A stretch of 34,322 nucleotides of DNA from positions 1 through 34,322 of the forward strand of contig NW_021832028.1 in NCBI RefSeq assembly GCF_006345805.1. The letters are read 5' to 3'. The position numbers and the translations under genes were made by a program. The notes below the pieces were generated by a model. The model saw nothing but the letters and a program-made list of their open reading frames with translations. It was not told the origin of the DNA and searched no databases. The stretch is from Octopus sinensis (lineage: Eukaryota). Shown piece after piece: positions 10,653 through 23,165 of the stretch. Positions within the stretch are counted from its first letter, which is position 1. Each line of letters opens with the position of its first letter.

Positions 10653-10979
10653 CGTAAAATATATTTGCCGACTAAATGTGGTGGCCCCATAGAGGACGAT
10701 GTTACTGTTGTTTTTAGCGCCAGGAAGATATCATCCAATTAGTACCGTTACCATTTATCTCTCACTCAGAGATTAAATATAGTCTATAAATATTTCACCA
10801 GCGTTCGCTATTTTACCTTCGTTCTGGTCTAACAACCATCCACGTTCGTTTTCGTTCGGTTTCCTTGTAGGTCTCCACTGTCCCGTTTCTGTTCCTAACT
10901 TTGATCCTCCTTAAATCCCAAATTTTATTTTGGTATTTATGGGAGCAACTGTCTTCGAAGGCTCATATTGTCGTTGAAT

Positions 10980-11730
10980 GCTCGAAACGAGGAGTCGATA
11001 GACAGCCGACAACTGATCAAGGGTCATTCTTTATGTTACTTGTCCTATTTTCCATTTGTTTCTCTCGTTGTTTGCGTATTTAACACGTTTGTTTTCTTAT
11101 TTCATGTTGTTTACTGTTGGTGACGTCCTGTACCTATATATGCATTCGAAACACGCTGGAGTTGAACTTGGGACAGCTGATGAAGGGGATTTTTCCTTGT
11201 GTAGTTTGTCTTGTTTTTTTCGTTTAGGTCCGTTTCCACGTTTGTTTTTACGTTTTTGTTTCTCGTTGAGTTGTACGTCTATTTGTGGTGTCCTGTACTC
11301 ACGTATATATATTTATATATGCATGTATATATACATGTAGATGTAGGTACGTACATATATGTATGTATGTATGTATGCATATATTTTATTTATTACATTA
11401 TTGTATGACTGAGCGCCCTCGCGTCGATTCGATTCGTTTTCGTTTCGTTTCATCTCCTCCAAGTAAGTTTTGTTATATATATATATATATATATATGAAA
11501 CAGAGGCGGCTGAAGAAGGGGAATTTTCCTTGTGTTGTATGTCCTGTACTCTATTTTTTCGTCTTTATAGAAAAATGTCCATTGCTTTGGTTTTGTGTTT
11601 ATGTTTTCGTTTCTCATTGTGTTCGACGTTTTTTTTGTTGTTGTCCTGTATATATGCATGTATATATACATGTAGATGTAGGTACGTATATATATTTATG
11701 TACATATGCATATGTTTTTTTTATTAATTA
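10980..11730 (+). repeat. Three head-to-tail related units starting GAAAC...CTGA(T/A)NAAGGG (possibly Penelope-like terminal repeats)
   Basis: Units start at ~10983, ~11147 and ~11497. Units 2 and 3 share the identical run ATATATGCATGTATATATACATGTAGATGTAGGTACGTA. Confidence 0.55.
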
Positions 11731-11921
11731 GTTATTTTATATATATACATATATGTATGTATGTGTGTGTGTGTATGTATAGATAGATAAATATATAGAT
11801 GGTTCTTTTACGTGGTTGGGAAGCATCCATCTTAGCATTCAGGCCCCCCCCCACACACACAGCCCACACCAGGCCCAGTTCCCGGGGGTGCTTCAAAATA
11901 TTCCAGGTGGGTGGGCACTTA

Positions 11922-12296
11922 CTTTTTTACTTGTTTCAATCCTTTGACTGCGGCCATGCTGGAGCACCACCTTTAGTCGAGCAAATCGACCCCCAGGACT
12001 TATTCTTTGTAAGCCTAGTACTTATTCTATAGGTCTCTTTTGCCGAACCGCTAAGTTACGGGGACGTAAACACACCAGCATCGGTTGTCAAGCGATGTTG
12101 GGGGGACAAACACAGACACACAAACATAAGCACACACACACACACATATACATATATTTACGACGAGCTTCTTTCAGTTTCCGTCTACCAAATCCACTCA
12201 TAAGGCTTTCTTTTGTCTATAGTAGAAGACACTTGCTCAAAGTACCACGCAGTGGGACTGAACCCGGAACCGTGTGGTTGGTAAGCACGCTACTCG
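11922..12296 (-). mobile_element. Composite CORE-type SINE, near full length
   Basis: Reverse complement of 9878-10272, with an internal deletion near 12200. Confidence 0.9.
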
Positions 12297-12380
12297 TAAT
12301 AATGCTAAAGTGGAGTTTCTCCTTAAACCTCAGGGTGTACCATTGTATAATGAGTGCGGGTGGGTGTAGTGCCTGGTGCT

Positions 12381-12596
12381 GTTCGTTTGTTTGTTGAGCG
12401 AAGCGGTCTTCGTCCTTGTGGAAGAAGTCCGAAACGTGGTCTTTTGCTATTCGTAAGACCCACAGAAGAGAAAGCAGGCCAGCCCCCGACACCGAGAGCA
12501 ACGACGGATGGATGAATGCGCATCCAGGCTCAGCGGTTGCGTAGGAAGTCGGGGACAAGAAACAGGAAGAAAGAGTGAGAGAAAGTCTTGGTGCGA
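12381..12596 (-). mobile_element. Family 'C' SINE, 5'-truncated
   Basis: High identity to ~830-1045. Confidence 0.88.
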
Positions 12597-13044
12597 CTAT
12601 GAAAGGTATCTAATCAGAGGCGGTAAATTCGCCACAATTGAAGCAAGGTTCGAGTCAACGGAGCGTGCAAGGGAGTACTCGACTCGAACTTGCAAAGTGG
12701 AAATATTTTAGTTTTACCTTTATATCTGGGACGTAGGCCGTCCCGGAAAAAAATTAAAAATGCCTTCCCCCCAGAAGTAGAGGTAGGCTGGATTGTAGCC
12801 ACACTTCTATACAAGAGGGAGGACAAGATACAATTGATCGAAATTACAAGAGACGGGCTAACAATTCCAGTCTGTTATATATTTTGAGTATTGTTATCAC
12901 TAGCGATATCAAGATACAACTTTGTATTTTGTATTTTATGTGTAGATGTATATATGTAGATGTACATGTAATATGTACACATATATATACACATATATAC
13001 ATGCACTAGCACTATGACCCGGCAACGACGGGTCTTTAATGCTA

Positions 13045-13080
<36 letters not shown>

Positions 13081-13082
<2 letters not shown>

Positions 13083-13216
13083 GACTGGCTTCTTTCAGTT
13101 TCCGTCTACCAAATCCATTCACAAGGCTTTGGCCAACCCGAAGCTATAGTAGAAGACACTTGCCTAAGGTGTCACGCAGTGGGACTGAACACAGAACCAT
13201 GTGGTTTGTAAGCAAG
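13081..13216 (-). mobile_element. CORE-type SINE 5' half
   Basis: ACGACTGGCTTCTTTCAGTTTCCGTCTACC...GCTATAGTAGAAGACACTTGCC. Confidence 0.88.
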
Positions 13217-13254
13217 GACACAACACGCTACCGGTTAAAGATACTGAACTTAAG

Positions 13255-13410
13255 GAGAGGCTTCCGCGCAGTTTCCGTATAAAAAATTCACTAGCAAGGC
13301 ATCCATTTGTCTGTCGGACCGCGACTAAACTAGAAGACAGCTGACCAAGATTACCGCTGAGTGGGACCGAACACGAAACCTCGTGGTTACGAAGCGAGCT
13401 TCTTAAGTAC
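13255..13410 (-). mobile_element. Strongly decayed CORE-type SINE 5' half
   Basis: GCAGTTTCCGT..AAATTCACT..CAAGGC..TAGAAGACA..GTGGGACCGAAC..TCGTGGTT, colinear with the younger copies. Confidence 0.65.
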
Positions 13411-13904
13411 ACACATCTCCACCACCACCACCACCAACAACAACAACATTACGCTACCCGTATCTTAACCTCAGCCCACCACTCTAGTCACCCACCTCTG
13501 TGACATCACACACATCCGTCTCACTCTACCCCGTTCCCCCATCATTAACAGCCTCGTCGCTGTGTGTCTGTGTGTTCGCGCCGGTTTCACTCCGAGCTTA
13601 GCTCTCTGGATAATCTGTAATCGCTTGCATATACCTGCCTGCACACACGCATTGCACACACGCATGGCACACACGCACATGCACACGCGCACATGCGCGC
13701 ATACACACATATACATTCGCACACAGCGGCCCGTGGTCGGTGACTCTTAGCTCTACTCCCAACCATAGACCAGTTCTGATTAAGGAGACTGAAGAGCAAG
13801 GTTGTTCTAGTCATGACTATCCCATCGGTAGACCAAGGAAATTACATTATTCAGTTGCGCGCGCGCGCGTGTGTGTGTATACATATACGTGTGTATATAT
13901 ATAA

Positions 13905-14100
13905 TTTATTTGTTTCGGTCATTTTACTGCGGCCATGCTGGAGCACCGCCTTTAGTCGATCAAATCGACCCCAGGACCTATTCTTTGTAAGCCTAGTACT
14001 TATTCTATCGGTCCAATTTTGCCGAACCGCCAGGTTACGGATTCTTAAACACACCAACATCGGCTGTTAAGCAATGGCGACGGGACAAACACAGACACAC
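13905..14100 (-). mobile_element. 3' module of composite SINE
   Basis: TTTGTTTCGGTCATTTTACTGCGGCCATGCTGGAGCACCGCCTTTAGTCGA..., matching 11926-12120. Confidence 0.88.
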
Positions 14101-14113
14101 AAATATATATAGA

Positions 14114-14178
14114 TGCGTGGCACCTTGGGCAAGTATCTTCAACAAGAGCATCGGGCCGGCTGAACCTTTGCGAGTGTT
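14114..14178 (+). mobile_element. CORE-segment fragment
   Basis: TGCGTGGCACCTTGGGCAAGTATCTTC...CGGGCCG. Confidence 0.7.
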
Positions 14179-14316
14179 TAAACCTTTAGTGTTTAAACTG
14201 GCCAAATCTGGCCCAATATATTCTACATGTTTTATATTGAAACTGGCCATATCCAGCCTCTCACACCTAACCTGCATTGACATTCTAAAAACAAACAATC
14301 ACATCATTGAAACCTC
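14179..14316 (+). mobile_element. Probable MITE-like/other interspersed repeat, left part
   Basis: Begins TTTAAACCTTTAG and has two AAACTGGCCA(A/T)ATC motifs. It resembles an octopus repeat I recall; no partner end found in the window. Confidence 0.35.
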
Positions 14317-15159
14317 AATGGACATCTCCCTGCCAACTAGAATCGGGTAGCGACCATGTATTTTGCGTTGCAAAGTTTCTCGCCGAAATCCAACCTTGAC
14401 CACATCTCTAGAAATGTCACTTCACAGATTTAACATGAATTCAGTCACACCAATCTCCAACAGAACCAGATGTGGCTGTTAGGTTTGGCACGTTGTAGCA
14501 AAGGCCTTCCCCAAACCCAAAAAATCTATGAGTGTTCGGTAGGGATGTGTAACAGTTTTCATACACTCATAAGCCTTTTAGGAGGAGAGTCCTAACAAGT
14601 GGAAAACCTAAGAGCCATATTTTACCCAAGTCCGGTGTGACCCGTCTGAAAAACCACAGCCCCAGGACATGCTTCTCTGACTCTTCTCTGATTTTGTGAT
14701 TATGACACAGTTACCTCTACTTCCTAGAATTCGCTGGTTTGTGTCACCTTCAACTCAAATACACACATCATCATCCATTTCTCTTTTTTTCAATCACCCA
14801 CATTGTATCCAGGACCTCAGGCCCTGCACTAGCCAAACAAACACTAGACCTCGTTTTACTCCGACCCAACCTCCTTCTGGAATCCCTGCCCGCACATGTT
14901 TGCCCCGCTCCTACACTACACAAGGTTTCGTGTTGGAACCATTGAAGAAAAACGGTAATAGCATCAATTTTACTGGTCTCGAAGGATCTGCAAATGTCAG
15001 AAGTACAAACCTACCACTCTAGAGTCAACCAATATGTGTGTGTGTGAGTGTATGCACATATATATCTATATATATATGTATGTATACATATATGTGTATA
15101 TATGTATGTGTATATATATACATAAATACACACACACACACACATATATTTCTCTTTCT

Positions 15160-15542
15160 CTTTTCTCTTTTACTTGTTTCAGTCATTTTGACTGCGGCCA
15201 TGCTGGAGCACCGCCTTTAATCAAGCAACTCGACCCCGGGACTTATTCTTTTGTAAGCCCAGTACTTATTCTATCGGTCTCTTTTGCCGAACCGCTAAGT
15301 AACGGGGACATAAACACACTAGCATCGGTTGTCAAGCAATGCTAGGGGGACAAACACAGACACACACACATATATATATATATACATATATACGACGGGC
15401 TTCTTTTCAGTTTCCGTCTACCAAATCCACTCACAAGGCTTTGGTCGGCCCGGTGCTATAGTAGAAGACACTTGTCCAAAGTGCCACGCAGTGGGACTGA
15501 ACTCGGAACCATATGATTGGTTAGCAAGCTACTTACCACACA
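15160..15542 (-). mobile_element. Composite CORE-type SINE, near full length
   Basis: Reverse complement of 9878-10272 with internal (CA)/(TA). Confidence 0.92.
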
Positions 15543-15969
15543 TGGAAACATACATTTTTCTCTTAACAAAATAGTCTTAAATGTTACGGATGATCGCGGT
15601 TCGAACGTCTTCGATTATTATACGATCCGACGCAAGGGCAAACGTTAACCGACACACAAACACACAAGCACGAACACACGCACACGGAAGTGAAGAGTCT
15701 TTCAACAACAACTGCTGATGGTTTCGCTGTTAAGTCTCCTCTTACTCTCCTCCCTGTTCTCGAGCATACTTAGTACTGGAGTAGGAGGGGTTTTCCTTAT
15801 TCTTTTACTCTCTCTAATAACCCCCCGTCTCTGTCTGTCTTTCTCCAATACCGTTATGGGATTTCGCTATCTTTGATTCCGCTGTGTCTGTGTGTGCGGC
15901 AGCATATATTTTTTCTTTAAATGCGGGTGTGTTGATTTTGAACGAGAAGGCTTGCCTGCGTGTGTGCGT

Positions 15970-15970
15970 G

Positions 15971-16045
<75 letters not shown>

Positions 16046-16060
16046 ATCCGTCTATCTGTG

Positions 16061-16099
<39 letters not shown>

Positions 16100-16100
16100 G

Positions 16101-16172
<72 letters not shown>

Positions 16173-16253
16173 CTATCCGTCTATCTATCTATCCGTCTAT
16201 CTGTGTCTATCTATCTATCCGTCTATCTGTCTATCTATCTATCTATCTATCCG

Positions 16254-16300
<47 letters not shown>

Positions 16301-16331
16301 ATCCGTCTATCTGTGTCTATCTATCTATCCG

Positions 16332-16381
<50 letters not shown>

Positions 16382-16431
16382 CGTCTATCTGTGTCTATCT
16401 ATCTATCCGTCTATCTGTCTATCTATCTATC

Positions 16432-16471
<40 letters not shown>

Positions 16472-16480
16472 CTCTCTGTC
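15970..16480. repeat. (TATC)n array with recurring CCGTCTATCTGTGTC variant blocks
   Basis: Direct inspection; variant blocks at ~16047, 16192, 16302 and 16381. Confidence 0.95.
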
Positions 16481-16778
16481 TAACTATCTCTGCCTGCCTA
16501 TCTATTTATTTATACCCCCTCTCTCTCTCTCTCTCTTTCTGTCTCTGCTCATCTATCTCCCTCACTATTACCAATCTTTAAACGTACACCCATTTAGGTA
16601 CGTATATACAATAAACATCCACAAATACATAACTTCACACACACACACACTCACACACATAACCACACGCAAGCATATACACTCACACACACACAGTTCA
16701 GCTTTCCCATATGAAATGTTTGTTTACATGGGTTTCATTGGCCATCCGCTCGTAAGTTCTGCATGTGTGTGTGTGTGT

Positions 16779-17153
16779 ACGCTCGGCTTCCAGTCTGTTT
16801 CTACGTCTCCAAACGCTTGCCAACCGGTGCTGGTTTGCTTATGTCCTAGTACCGTGAAGGTTCGGCCAAAACTTGGTCCATAGAAATAAACGCTGAATTT
16901 CAAAATAAATACGGATTTATCGTGGCAAGACGAGGGTCTTCATTTGATCGATTTAAACCCATTGAAAGAGTGCTCCAGCATGGCCGTAGTCCAATGGTTG
17001 TAACAGTAATATAAAGAAAATAAAAATTTCAGTGTGCGCGTGTGTTTGCCTATATATCTCTCAATTTATCATATATATATATATATATTCATATATATAC
17101 ATACATACATATATATATACACACACACACACATATATATACATACACATATA

Positions 17154-17194
<41 letters not shown>

Positions 17195-18320
17195 ATGTAT
17201 ATATACATGAGAGAGTATGTATGTGAATAGATAGACAGACAGACAGACAGGTAGATAGATAGATAGATAGATAGACAGACAGAAAGAAGATGGCGTTCAC
17301 ACACACACACACACACATATACATACATATACAGATACGTATTTATAGATACATACATGTAACAAATGTGTGAGTGTTACATATAAGTTTCATAAATTAA
17401 ACAGAAGCACAAGAAACGAACGGAAAATTCAGACACGATATGGACATGCACTTTCCTACACATTACACATGCACACTTGTACACTTATATACCCTTCCTC
17501 TGTCTTCATGTATGCGTTTGTATGTATGTGTGTGGTGTGTACGCTCGGCTTCCAGTCTGTTTCTTCTACGTCTCCAAACGCTTGCCAACCGGTTCTGCTG
17601 GTTTGCTTATGTCCTAGTACCGTGAAGGTTCGGCCAAAACTTGGTCCATAGAAATAAACGCTGAATTTCAAAATAAATACGGATTTATCGTGGCAAGACG
17701 AGGGTCTTCATTTGATCGATTTAAACCCATTGAAAGAGTGCTCCAGCATGGCCGTAGTCCAATGGTTGTAACAGTAATATAAAGAAAATAATAAAAATTT
17801 CAGTGTGCGCGTGTGTTTGCCTATATATCTCTCAATTTATCATATATATATATATATATTCATATATATACATACATACATATATATATACAACACACAC
17901 ACATATATATACATACACAATATATATGTGTATATAATATATATATATATATATATGTATGTATATGTATATATACATGAGAGAGTATGTATGTGAATAG
18001 ATAGACAGACAGACAGACAGGTAGATAGATAGATAGATAGATAGACAGACAGAAAGAAGATGGCGTTCACACACACACACACACACATACGCATACATAT
18101 ACAGATACGTATTATAGATACATACATGTAACAAATGTGTGAGTGTTACATATAAGTTTCATAAATTAAACAGAAGCACAAGAAACGAACGGAAAATTCA
18201 GACACGATATGGACATGCACTTTCCTACACATTACACATGCACACTTGTACACTTATATACACCTTCCTCTGTCTTCATGTATGCGTTTGTATGTATGTG
18301 TGTGTGTGTGTGTGTGTGTG
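16779..18320. repeat. Near-identical tandem duplication, period ~762 bp; each unit has an old SINE 3' module (~16795-17010, ~17555-17775)
   Basis: ACGCTCGGCTTCCAGTCTG at 16779 and 17541. Both units end in ...TATGCGTTTGTATGTATGTG(TG)n. Confidence 0.95.
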
Positions 18321-18419
18321 TATACGAATGTTGCACTTGTTAGTACGTACAATGCATGCGTGAGTGCAAATGAACTGGTTAAAGAGAACGCAGGGAACGT
18401 GTGAGTGAACGCTGGAACG

Positions 18420-18452
18420 AAAGAGAAAGAAAGAGAGAATGAGAGAGAGAAT

Positions 18453-18484
<32 letters not shown>

Positions 18485-18630
18485 GAGACGGAATGAGAGA
18501 GAGAGAGAATGAGAGAGAGAGAAAGAGACGGAATGAGAGAGAGAGAGAAAGAGACGGAATGAGAGAGAGAGAGAGAGAGAGAAAGAGACGGAATGAGAGA
18601 GAGAGAGAGAGAGAGAATGAGAGAGATGAA
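18420..18630. repeat. (GA)n array with four GAAAGAGACGGAATGAGA units
   Basis: Direct inspection. Confidence 0.93.
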
Positions 18631-19423
18631 GGAAAGCGAATACTAAAATTGACGGAGAGATGAGCGTGTGTGTGTGTGTGTGTCTTACCCGAGTAGGTGA
18701 GTGTGTGCGTGTGTTCGTGTGTCTGTGTATGTGTGTGCGATGCAACTCTGAAGTAACCACGACGACCACGACGACGGCCGTGAAGCTGGTGTGAGGAAAG
18801 AGGACAAGGAGGAGGGATAAGCGAAGAAGACGAGACACCCTTGTCTCCCTCCTCCTCCCTCTCCCTCCCCTGCTCGTCGTCTTACCTTAAAGTAGGGGAA
18901 CCGTGCGCACGCGCGCGTGTGTGTGTGTGTGTATTTACGTTATTTAACCTCCATTCAGTTCATCATTAATGCCTTTCCAAACATGACCATCTAGTGTTAA
19001 CATTAGACGTAGTGTATCCAGGATAACATAGAGCTCATTATTTTGTTAATTCGTTATTTGTTTTTTTGTTTTTTTGTTTGTTTGTGTTTAAGTGAAGTCC
19101 AAAGGAGATTTGGCTGTTATTTTTAGCCCGTCGAGCGTCCACCTAAAGGGTCGATCGAAGTAAAGAGTTGGATTCTCTCTCGCTCCGAATAAAAACAAAT
19201 GGAAAATATGAGATAGAAAGGGAGAGAGAAACAGAGAGGGTGTGTGAGAGAGATAGAGAGAGGGTATGAGTATGAGAGAGTGAGAGTGAGAGAGAGATAA
19301 ATGTGGATATACACACATACACACATACACATATACACGCATACACAGATTCGTATACGGAATGAACGTAAGGGTAAGAGTGATAGATGGAGGGAAAAAA
19401 GAGAACGAATAAAAGACAGACAG

Positions 19424-19466
<43 letters not shown>

Positions 19467-22400
19467 AAACGCAGGAGGTTAAGAGTAAGAGTAGCAGTGA
19501 GAGTTTAAGCGTTACTGAGAAAGGGAGAGAGAAATAGACGCGAGAGCTGGAGAAAGGGGGTGAGTAAAAGGAAGAGGCGCATACAGCGACACACTCACAC
19601 ACACACACACAGCCACACGCACGCACAGACACACACACACACACACACTGTCACTCGCACACACAGACACACACACAGCCGCGTACAGATACACTCGCGT
19701 AGAACGTACGAGAGGAGGGGGAGGAGGAGGAAGGGTGAGAGTGACAATGAGGGTGAAGTAAGAGTGATTGTTTAAAACGACAGGCAGGATCGCAAGCAAT
19801 GGAGAAAGTGATAGACAGATAGATTCAGAGAGAGGGGGAGCAAAAGCTGTTGGAGGCGCTGATTGTGTTGTAGTGAAAGCGGCCAGCAGCAGGCGAAGAC
19901 GTCATTAGAAGCTTGACTAGCGAGCCGTACGGACGGACCTTGTACTTGAAGCGGCTTCCTACAAGCTCTTGGTGACGTTACCAAAATCAAAGATCTTTTA
20001 AACACACTGCTATATATAGTATATAATATATATATATATACATATATACAAACTCGGACATATTTCATCATATACATATACTACATATACTTATACACAA
20101 TAGTGTATAGTTAATAGACTTTTTTTCAACATTTATGAAACGTATGTATAATTTACATTTTATACACACAACCTCGTTGTTTTCTGTTTATATTCTTTTA
20201 TATTCGCCATCATGTGTTTGTATATATATATATATATATATATATACACTACGGCACAAAACCTAACCTATATAATTTACATGCCTTGTTTTCAAATTTC
20301 TAAATACACGGTTCCATTTGCAGCTTCGACATTTCTTGCCCCACCCCCAAACATACACACACACACACACACGCATACCTTAATTAACTTCGTTATTAAC
20401 CAATAATATTTCTAATCAATTTGTGATTATTTCTTACGCTTTTACAACTAAACACACACAACATCCGACACGCAGAGATTGTTATAATAAATAGACCCTA
20501 TGGATTATACGAACAGCAAAACTATATACATCAGTTAGGTTTGTATTTGATGTATACACACACACACAAACACACACATATATATATATATATACATGTA
20601 AAGTTGATCTTGTTTCGGAAATTACATTGTGTGTGTTTTACTGAGAACAATCAGGATTTTCTCTACGAAGTGTATATTTTGTGTGTGTGCAAATATATAT
20701 ATATATATATATATATATGCGTATATGTGTTTATACATATTTATTGTGGGTTTCTGTGTAAATTTATAAAGGAACAAGAAATTTCAGTTCGTAACTTGGA
20801 GCCGTGAATGTTGAACTAGACATAATAGGAACAGTAATGTTTTTACTTTTACCTCATTTTACGGAAGAAATTATACCGTAAATCGTGCGCCTGCGCACCC
20901 ACACAGCACGACACACTAACACACACACACACTCTTTAAATTTGTAAACAAGGAAGATTGCTTATGCTTTTGGTGAGGTGTGAAAGATTTCCGAATATTA
21001 AAAGCTGCACATGAAAGAAATAAAAAAAAAAAATATCTAATCGAAATCAAATCGATTCGCTCTTAAGAGTTAGAATAACGTTAAATCGATGTTGACTTTT
21101 TGCCACACGCACACAAACACACAACAGGAACGCAAACAACACATACGTAGTTTTGCATTTCTGGCTAATTATTGGCCATTAGAAGCTATAGAAGAAAACT
21201 AGTTTAGCACACACATACACACACACACGTGTGTTTTGCATTTACAATCTCTCTGATGTGTCTCTTTCTATCTCTCTCTCATCATGCACACACGCACATA
21301 GTTTGACGTTTACATTCTGTTTCATATCATAAATCCATTATATGCTTCGTACATAAAATATACTTTTGCATGTGCCTTCTAGCTTGTCTGATAATATTGT
21401 TCTTGAATATATGTTGAATATTATATTTGTCACAATTGTAAATCTTTTCCGATTTTTCTCAATTTTCAAATTGGTTCTATTGATATACGAGCCCTATTCT
21501 TATAAAACTTTAAGGGTTCCATGAAATATGTAAGTGGTTGGATGTTAAGTCGATGCGCGTCGTTTTATCAACAAACGGTTTCTATCACCCAAATACTACT
21601 CGCCGTTTATTAGTAGTAACTGGTGAAGCACTTATGTCAATGTAATTGACTATTTTACCCTGCAACTTGGCCAGAACATTAAGTCCTTGTGGTTTATAAT
21701 ATTTTAGATAAAAAGATAAGATTATCATAATCCGCAACGTTTCAAATTTGGCCAATTTTGTCTTACAGATTATACAGCTGTGTGGAATAAATGTTTTGAT
21801 AGTTTTAGCTGGTGTAAGCTTTCACTAGTGGCCTCTAATGCCTAAATTAATTTAATTGCCGTCCTGGGAATGGATGGTGTTAGGTTTTCAAAACCGTGGA
21901 TTATTTATTATTTTTTTTTTTTTTAGAAATTTAGGGGTAAATTCTTAAAAATGTGAATTTTTCGAATTTTTCTTATGTGAATTACAAGTGTTTTAGAATG
22001 CCAAATCTATTCGGAATGTACGATGAAGGACGTCTAAAAAACGTGGATTTAAGAACACCTAACGAAAGAATACCCATTTTCCTTTGTTAAAGAATGAGAC
22101 GTTATTATAAGAATGATGATTAATACTGGACAAAAATCCCAAGAATTAATTTTATTAGTGACAGTAATTGCGAAAATCTACCGTGATTTGTGTGTTTTAA
22201 TCGACGTCTGTAATCGCTTTCAGTGAATCCTTGTGCAGAGCAGGGGCGTGTGTAATATTGTGGGTGTGCTACATACATAAAGCGCTACACACCCACTGAA
22301 TGATAGCAAAATTTCTTCAGAATAACGGTGCTTCTTTCTGGGAAAATAATTAAAATGTAGTTTTTCTTTCAAATCTTATCACAATACGCACCCAGATAGA

Positions 22401-23165
22401 AAGCGGTTGCATAATATATAGAAACAGGCCTCGAGTTTTGTTTATTTGCATTGTTTATTCTTATTCTGTTAGGTTCGGATCGCTAGCACGCCTTGTGACA
22501 ACTATAAACCATCATATGACAGTATGTTCGTTGAGGGAAGGGGGTTGTGGGTGGGGTCTTGAATTCGGAATTCTTGAAATCCCTTCACGGATAATTCAAC
22601 GGGAGAATTTCTCACTAACATGGATGCGTTGAGTGTGTTCGTGCGCCCGTGTTTTTGTCTTATCGCATAAATACTCATGTATGTGTGGAATTTCTGTCTA
22701 TATTAAAATGTCTTATCTAAATGGGCGGAGTTCTGCTAGAACACTATATTATTTCATAAAAGATCTAAGTTTTCAATTTGGGGTTATTTCAGTTGTTTTC
22801 AGTTGCAAATTGTTTTCAGTTTTGTTTAATAAACTCTTATGATACATATAAATGCATATCTCAATATACTCGAAGGGGCAAGAGCTTTTTTAGAGTCCAC
22901 CTCCACCACAAATCGTTAATATAGTAAAAAAAAAGGAAAAGAATAAATTTGAAAATAAAGGTCAACTTGATGTAAGGACATGGAAGAGAGCTTGGTTAAA
23001 TAATTTGGAAATAGTATTTTAATGACATGTGATTAAAATGCCACCGAAATTAACACCCCAGTCCAATTTCCCTAAAAAATCTTTACACCACCTGAAGGAT
23101 AGGGGAATGAGATTGGCAAACGAAAAGCTTAACGGAACGGAAACATGTTGACTCAGATTATATTT

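Noticed and set aside
10980-11730. CRISPR-like repeat/spacer array
   Set aside because: The context is eukaryotic, the units are long and diverged without unique spacers, and there are no cas genes.
12614-12887. Short ORFs at 12.6-12.9 kb as a reverse-transcriptase remnant
   Set aside because: No RT or endonuclease motif is recognisable in either orientation.
15884-16883. 199-307-aa (SIYL)n ORFs, and similar YI/CV/TH-repeat ORFs throughout (e.g. 25426-27052)
   Set aside because: They are translations of TATC, TA and CA arrays.
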